Shown here: positions 28,073-32,000 of the stretch, in pieces
Position numbering within the stretch: the first letter of the stretch is position 1
How the letters are laid out: every line of letters begins with the position of its first letter
Assembly (NCBI RefSeq): GCF_009734345.1
Contig: NZ_CP032551.1
Location: 960,001-992,000, forward strand
DNA from: Pseudidiomarina andamanensis
Lineage (GTDB): Bacteria > Pseudomonadota > Gammaproteobacteria > Enterobacterales > Alteromonadaceae
DNA: 32,000 nucleotides
Reading direction: 5' to 3'
The notes under the pieces: generated by a model
What the model saw: the letters and a program-made list of their open reading frames with translations, nothing else
Database searches by the model: none
Told to the model about the DNA's origin: nothing
Position numbers and translations under genes: made by a program

Positions 28073-29194
28073 ATGTCAGAATCTTGCTTTGTTGAATACG
28101 ATAGTTCAAACCAGTCACTTAAGTTAATTGGCTCGTGGAGCTTTGAGCATTATTCAAAGATCCAGAAAATGTTGCGCCAATTTAATACTGAACAGCCGAT
28201 TGTACTGCTTGATTGCAGCGACCTTAAGCGACTTGATTTAAACACCGCAAGTTTAGTCACCGACTTGGTCTCTCCCAAACATCTCGCCACACTTCTAAAT
28301 TCAGCACCACAGCTAAAGCAGCACCATCGTGACATTTTTAATCAGTTACTGCGTGCTTATCAAACCCAGCAATCAGAACCAGCTGAAGTAGTTAGGCCAT
28401 GGTATGCTTTTATCGCCGATCTCGGCGCTTGGGTCTCTTGGCAAAGCTATCAATTTATTGTGCTCATGAATTTTATTGGTCGCGTCTTATTGACCACGTT
28501 AAAAATTCTACCCCGCATCACTCGATGGCGTTTCACATCTTGGTTTTTCCATATGCAGCAAGCTGGACTAGCCGCTATACCGATAGTTGCCTTGATGGGC
28601 TTTTTAGTCGGCGCAGTAGTCGCCTTTCTAGGTGCCACGGTGTTAAGTGATTTTGGTGCGACTATTTATACGGTCGATTTAGTTGCATTTGGATTCATGC
28701 GTGAGCTTGGCGTATTGTTGGCGGCGATTCTATTAGCCGGGCGAACTGCCAGCTCATTTACCGCTCAAATAGGCGCAATGAAAGTCAATGAAGAGCTTGA
28801 TGCCATGCGTGTCGAGAAACTTGATGCGATTGAGTTATTGGTCATCCCGCGTATTTTAGCGTTACTGGTGATGCTTCCCCTGTTAAGTTTTGTCTCTATT
28901 CTGGCGGGATTGCTCGGTGGCGCTGCGGTGGCGGTTGCGAGTTTAGATATCTCTATCACGCAGTATTTATCCATTCTCAATGAAGTACCGATTCGGCATT
29001 TTTGGGTTGGTATCAGTAAAGCGCCATTTTTCGCGATTGTCATTGCGATTATTGGCTGCCTTGAAGGCTTCAAGGTGACCAATAGCGCGCGCTCTATTGG
29101 CGAGCATACAACCTCAAGTGTGGTTCAAGCATTGTTCGCGGTTATTCTACTCGATGCTATTGCTGCCCTATTTTTCATGGAGATGCAGTGGTAA
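28073..29194 (+). CDS. MlaE-family ABC permease with an N-terminal STAS-like cytoplasmic domain
   Basis: The C-terminal ~260 aa have MlaE-type topology and motifs (ELGVLLAAILLAGRTASSFTAQIGAMKVNEELDAM, ...LEGFKV). The preceding ~110 residues (LKLIGSWSFEHYSKIQKMLRQF..PIVLLDCSDLKRLDLNTASLV) resemble anti-sigma-antagonist/STAS folds. The start is either the ATG at 28073 or the TTG at 28064. Confidence 0.85.
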   Translation: MSESCFVEYDSSNQSLKLIGSWSFEHYSKIQKMLRQFNTEQPIVLLDCSDLKRLDLNTASLVTDLVSPKHLATLLNSAPQLKQHHRDIFNQLLRAYQTQQSEPAEVVRPWYAFIADLGAWVSWQSYQFIVLMNFIGRVLLTTLKILPRITRWRFTSWFFHMQQAGLAAIPIVALMGFLVGAVVAFLGATVLSDFGATIYTVDLVAFGFMRELGVLLAAILLAGRTASSFTAQIGAMKVNEELDAMRVEKLDAIELLVIPRILALLVMLPLLSFVSILAGLLGGAAVAVASLDISITQYLSILNEVPIRHFWVGISKAPFFAIVIAIIGCLEGFKVTNSARSIGEHTTSSVVQALFAVILLDAIAALFFMEMQW

Positions 29195-29952
29195 TGACGA
29201 CGCAACCGATTTTGACACTCGACAATATTACCAATCGGTTTGGGAGCTCTGTTATTCACGAGAACCTCCATCTCGAAGTGAATTCAGGGGAAATATTAGG
29301 ACTGGTGGGTGGTTCAGGCGCTGGCAAGTCAGTGCTTCTTCGCACCGCTATCGGATTAAACAAGCCGGCCGCGGGCTCAATAAACCTCGCGGCAAAACAA
29401 ATTGGTGTCTTGTTCCAACATGGCGCCCTGTTTTCCTCAATGACAGTTGTCGAAAACGTGGCATTACCGTTATTTGAGCACACCTCGTTGTCACGCGCCC
29501 GAGCCTTACAGCTTGCCAGTTTGAAGCTTGCGTTGGTTGGGCTCGATAAAGTTGCCGGCGCTCGTTATCCGGCCGAACTCTCGGGCGGCATGATAAAACG
29601 TGCTGCGCTGGCTCGTGCTTTGATTCGAGAGCCTGATATGTTATTTCTTGATGAGCCAACTGCGGGGCTTGATCCAATAAGTGCGGCAGCATTTGATCAA
29701 CTCATTTTAACCCTATCAAAAGCACTTGGTTTAACAGTGGTTTTAGTCACCCATGATCTTGATACACTCCATGCCATTTGCGATCGCATTGCCGTACTTT
29801 CTAACAAGCGTATTATCGCTATCGATAGCCTAGCTAATGTGGCGAATCATAACGATGAGTGGATTCAGTCCTATTTTCACGGCCCTCGAGGCCGCGCGAT
29901 TATCGATAAACCGCTTCGCGTTCAACACTCAGGTTTTACCTCGGAGAACTAA
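29194..29952 (+). CDS. MlaF-type ABC transporter ATP-binding protein
   Basis: Walker A GGSGAGKS, signature LSGGMIKR, Walker B MLFLDEPTAGLD, H-loop VTHDL. The ATG overlaps the permease stop (TAATG). The track GTG at 29188 is less likely. Confidence 0.9.
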   Translation: MTTQPILTLDNITNRFGSSVIHENLHLEVNSGEILGLVGGSGAGKSVLLRTAIGLNKPAAGSINLAAKQIGVLFQHGALFSSMTVVENVALPLFEHTSLSRARALQLASLKLALVGLDKVAGARYPAELSGGMIKRAALARALIREPDMLFLDEPTAGLDPISAAAFDQLILTLSKALGLTVVLVTHDLDTLHAICDRIAVLSNKRIIAIDSLANVANHNDEWIQSYFHGPRGRAIIDKPLRVQHSGFTSEN

Positions 29953-29955
29953 TCC

Positions 29956-30843
29956 ATGGAAACAAAAGCGCACCATATTATTGTTGGTCTTGCAACGTTA
30001 GCACTACTTCTGGCAGGGCTCGCTTTCACGCTTTGGTTAGCCAAATCAGACTCTGAGCAGGCCTATAAAAATTATGATGTATTGTTTAAAGAGCCTGTTT
30101 CAGGGCTAACCGTTGGGAGCCCTGTTCAATTTAATGGCATTAATGTTGGCGAAGTAACTCAACTGAGATTAGATAGCAATGACGCCCGTATGGTTCGAGC
30201 TCGAATTCGCATTACGGCAGAAACGCCTATCACACAAGCAACCAAGGCATCGAGAACGCTTTTAAACATCACTGGTTCAAGTGGCATTGCGCTTGAACAA
30301 AGCGTCGCTAAGAGCGAGCCGATCAACCATCAAAATGGGGTGCCAGAAATTGTGGCAGAGCCGTCTGAATTAACCCAGTTGCGGCTCAATACAGAAGAGC
30401 TGTTCGTTAGTGTGAGTCAAATGATAAACAACGCAAATCGGTTGTTTTCCGAAGATAATATGCAAGCGATTGAATCTATTCTCACCAACGTCGACACCTT
30501 TAGTGGTGAGCTTGCTGAACAGTCGCAGAATTTCGCATCAGTACTCGATAACCTTCAAAACAGTACCAAGCAACTGAACGATTCACTCGTGTCATTAGAG
30601 AGTGAATTAACCGAGAGAAGCGCACCACTTTTTGAAAAAGCCGACGAAACCCTAGGAAATTTAGCCGATGCAAGCCAGCAACTCAGTGAATTAATGCAGC
30701 AAAATCGCGGCAATATTGATGCCGGTATGTCAGGTATTGCGGAGGTAGGTCCAACCTTGCTTGAGCTACAGGTTACCCTGAAGCGTTTGAACGCCATAGC
30801 TGCTCGCTTTGAAACGGAACAAATGAAGGAATATCAACCATGA
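29956..30843 (+). CDS. single-MCE-domain (MlaD-family) protein with a long C-terminal helical extension
   Basis: N-terminal TM anchor HHIIVGLATLALLLAGLAFTLWLA. MCE domain YDVLFKEPVSGLTVGSPVQFNGINVGEVTQLRL...RARIRI. About 150 further residues of heptad-like, Leu/Gln/Glu/Asn-rich sequence follow. Confidence 0.85.
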   Translation: METKAHHIIVGLATLALLLAGLAFTLWLAKSDSEQAYKNYDVLFKEPVSGLTVGSPVQFNGINVGEVTQLRLDSNDARMVRARIRITAETPITQATKASRTLLNITGSSGIALEQSVAKSEPINHQNGVPEIVAEPSELTQLRLNTEELFVSVSQMINNANRLFSEDNMQAIESILTNVDTFSGELAEQSQNFASVLDNLQNSTKQLNDSLVSLESELTERSAPLFEKADETLGNLADASQQLSELMQQNRGNIDAGMSGIAEVGPTLLELQVTLKRLNAIAARFETEQMKEYQP

Positions 30844-31436
30844 TGCTGAAAAACCTTGCTCTCGCCGCTGGAATTGCGCTCTTTGCAACAGGGTGTAGCG
30901 TGTTACCGGAAGCCAAGCCTATCGACTTTTATACGTTGCAACCAGCACGCGTGACTACAAGCGATTCCGTCCAGTTATCGAATATACGCATCGCCGAACC
31001 CGAGCTTACTGATGCTTTGCAGCTCGAGCGAATAGTTCGCATCACCGACCAAGGCAGTGTCTTGGCCTATCCAAACGCAAAATGGAGTACGTCTATTGCG
31101 ACGCTCTGGCAAAGCTGGCTACTTGATGCACTTTGGCGAGACAGTCGATTTGAACATATTAGTTCAGCTCAACAAGGGCTTGATAGTGATTGGCAACTTT
31201 CCGGGCGACTACAGTCACTACATATTGAAGAAACGAGTGCGGGTTCAATCGCGGTGGTGCGTTATGATGCACAGCTCATTGACGTGCAACAGCGAAAGAT
31301 AATCAAGAGTGAAAGTTTCACTGCACATGTTCCTGTGGCCGGTGAAAAAACAAGTCAAGCGATTGCAGCGATAAGTGCAGCAAGTTTAAAAATTGGCGAG
31401 AGTTTACTTGAATGGTTAGCGGCGTCAGAGCTATGA
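30840..31436 (+). CDS. ABC-transport auxiliary lipoprotein (DUF330 / ABC_trans_aux, PqiC-like)
   Basis: Lipoprotein signal MMLKNLALAAGIALFATG/C. About 180 mature residues. It sits immediately after an MCE gene with an ATGA overlap, as is usual for this family. The family call rests on context and size plus weak motif recall. Confidence 0.65.
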   Translation: MMLKNLALAAGIALFATGCSVLPEAKPIDFYTLQPARVTTSDSVQLSNIRIAEPELTDALQLERIVRITDQGSVLAYPNAKWSTSIATLWQSWLLDALWRDSRFEHISSAQQGLDSDWQLSGRLQSLHIEETSAGSIAVVRYDAQLIDVQQRKIIKSESFTAHVPVAGEKTSQAIAAISAASLKIGESLLEWLAASEL

Positions 31437-31447
31437 CACCGCTAACC
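31414..31447. terminator. stem-loop at the convergent junction, spanning the stop codon of the lipoprotein gene
   Basis: GGTTAGCGG (31414..31422) pairs perfectly with CCGCTAACC (31439..31447). An inner pairing GTCA (31424..31427) / TGAC (31434..31437) leaves a 6-nt loop. There is no clear U tract on either strand. Confidence 0.4.
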
Positions 31448-31467
31448 CATCTATGTACTTCAGCTTC

Positions 31468-31710
31468 TTAACCGAAGGTTCCGACAAACGCATGAATACC
31501 CTCTTGCTTTAATGCATCGAGCGCTTCATCTAATGCTTCTGCATCAGTCTCAAAATGATCTTCCCATACTGTCGAATTATTATCCGCATCAACAATTTCA
31601 AGAATCCAATTACTATCTTCGGTACGATAAATATCAATGCTCACAGTTAAGCCGTCAGCCGTGTAATGTTGGCATAACGGGCTTTGAATATATTCGACTG
31701 CGTCAGTCAT
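31468..31710 (-). CDS. hypothetical small, strongly acidic protein (80 aa)
   Basis: Good SD: AAGGA lies 6 nt upstream of the ATG. Composition is 10 Asp plus 8 Glu against 1 Arg plus 1 Lys. No signal peptide or TM segment. I recognise no family. Confidence 0.5.
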   Translation of the reverse strand: MTDAVEYIQSPLCQHYTADGLTVSIDIYRTEDSNWILEIVDADNNSTVWEDHFETDAEALDEALDALKQEGIHAFVGTFG

Positions 31711-31786
31711 TAGGTGTCCTTTATCAGTTTATTCGTAGATTGAGCGCTCATTTTAGCACTATCGCGAAAAATTTTGATAACTATCA

Positions 31787-31814
31787 TTGATTATTTTTTA
31801 ATCAGATCCATAGT
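31787..31814 (+). promoter_or_regulatory. possible sigma-32 (heat-shock) type promoter upstream of the Hsp20-like gene
   Basis: TTGATT (31787..31792), a 14-nt spacer, then TCCATAGT (31807..31814). This compares with the consensus TTGAAA-N13/14-CCCCATNT and is a partial match only. Confidence 0.25.
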
Positions 31815-31863
31815 TAACTTCGTGCTCTGCACACAGTTAAATTTAACTTAGAGGATCATGACA

Positions 31864-32000
31864 ATGAATGATTCTAACCTAAGTCGATTAGCCCCGTGGA
31901 ACTGGTTTAAACACGAAAATGATAGACCACAACAGGGGGTGAGTCGCTCTACTTCACCTTCTTCTTTTTCGCGTTTTCACGATGAAATTGATCGGTTACT
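31864..32000 (+). CDS. Hsp20/alpha-crystallin-family small heat-shock protein, N-terminal part (continues beyond the right edge)
   Basis: My translation reads MNDSNLSRLAPWNWFKHENDRPQQGVSRSTSPSSFSRFHDEIDRLL... and stays open to the window end. AGAGGA lies 9 nt upstream. An in-frame ATG at 31858 is an alternative start. The PWNWFK and (F/L)..EIDRL(F) motifs are typical of the N-terminal arm of proteobacterial sHSPs. The alpha-crystallin domain itself is outside the window. Confidence 0.5.
   Translation, partial: MNDSNLSRLAPWNWFKHENDRPQQGVSRSTSPSSFSRFHDEIDRL

Noticed and set aside
1-32000. Mobile element, prophage, genomic island, CRISPR or defence system
   Set aside because: There are no integrase, transposase or recombinase ORFs, no tRNA attachment sites, and no direct or inverted terminal repeats. 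There are no spacer-repeat arrays and no nuclease, helicase or methylase clusters. All large ORFs have ordinary metabolic, transport or replication identities, and intergenic space is minimal.

Overview
Gene-dense chromosomal backbone of a Gammaproteobacterium. Protein signatures and synteny look Alteromonadales-like, but the taxon is inference only. I count 26 protein-coding genes, two of them cut by the window edges. My own tally of intergenic gaps gives about 1.16 kb, so the window is roughly 96 percent coding. I see no rRNA, tRNA, CRISPR array, transposase, integrase, phage genes or recognisable defence or toxin modules. Gene order, left to right: a partial 2OG-Fe(II) oxygenase (-), a small outer-membrane beta-barrel protein, argE, rnhB (-), and an AbgT-family transporter plus SDR oxidoreductase. 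Next comes an uninterrupted run of 14 minus-strand genes: a propeller-sensor diguanylate cyclase, an EAL phosphodiesterase, bkdB-bkdA2-bkdA1, astE, a DUF599 membrane protein, an RND pump with its adaptor, a CPA2 cation/proton antiporter, an EamA transporter, tilS, accA and dnaE. The window ends with a divergent four-gene MCE/Mla-like ABC operon, a small very acidic ORF (-) and the 5' end of an Hsp20-type gene. Honest assessment: this is mostly core, housekeeping DNA, and I do not see a convincing brand-new system such as a defence island. The best candidates for under-described biology are: (i) the MCE operon, which combines an Mla-type ABC engine (STAS fused to the permease) with a long-tailed single-MCE protein and a PqiC-type lipoprotein and has no MlaC; (ii) the EAL-then-GGDEF bicistron with a 14-blade periplasmic sensor; (iii) a DUF599 gene translationally coupled (GTGA) to an orphan astE; (iv) a short TilS lacking the C-terminal domain; (v) a BCKDH E2 with a tandemly duplicated lipoyl domain. 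All functional calls come from motif recognition by eye. No database search was run.
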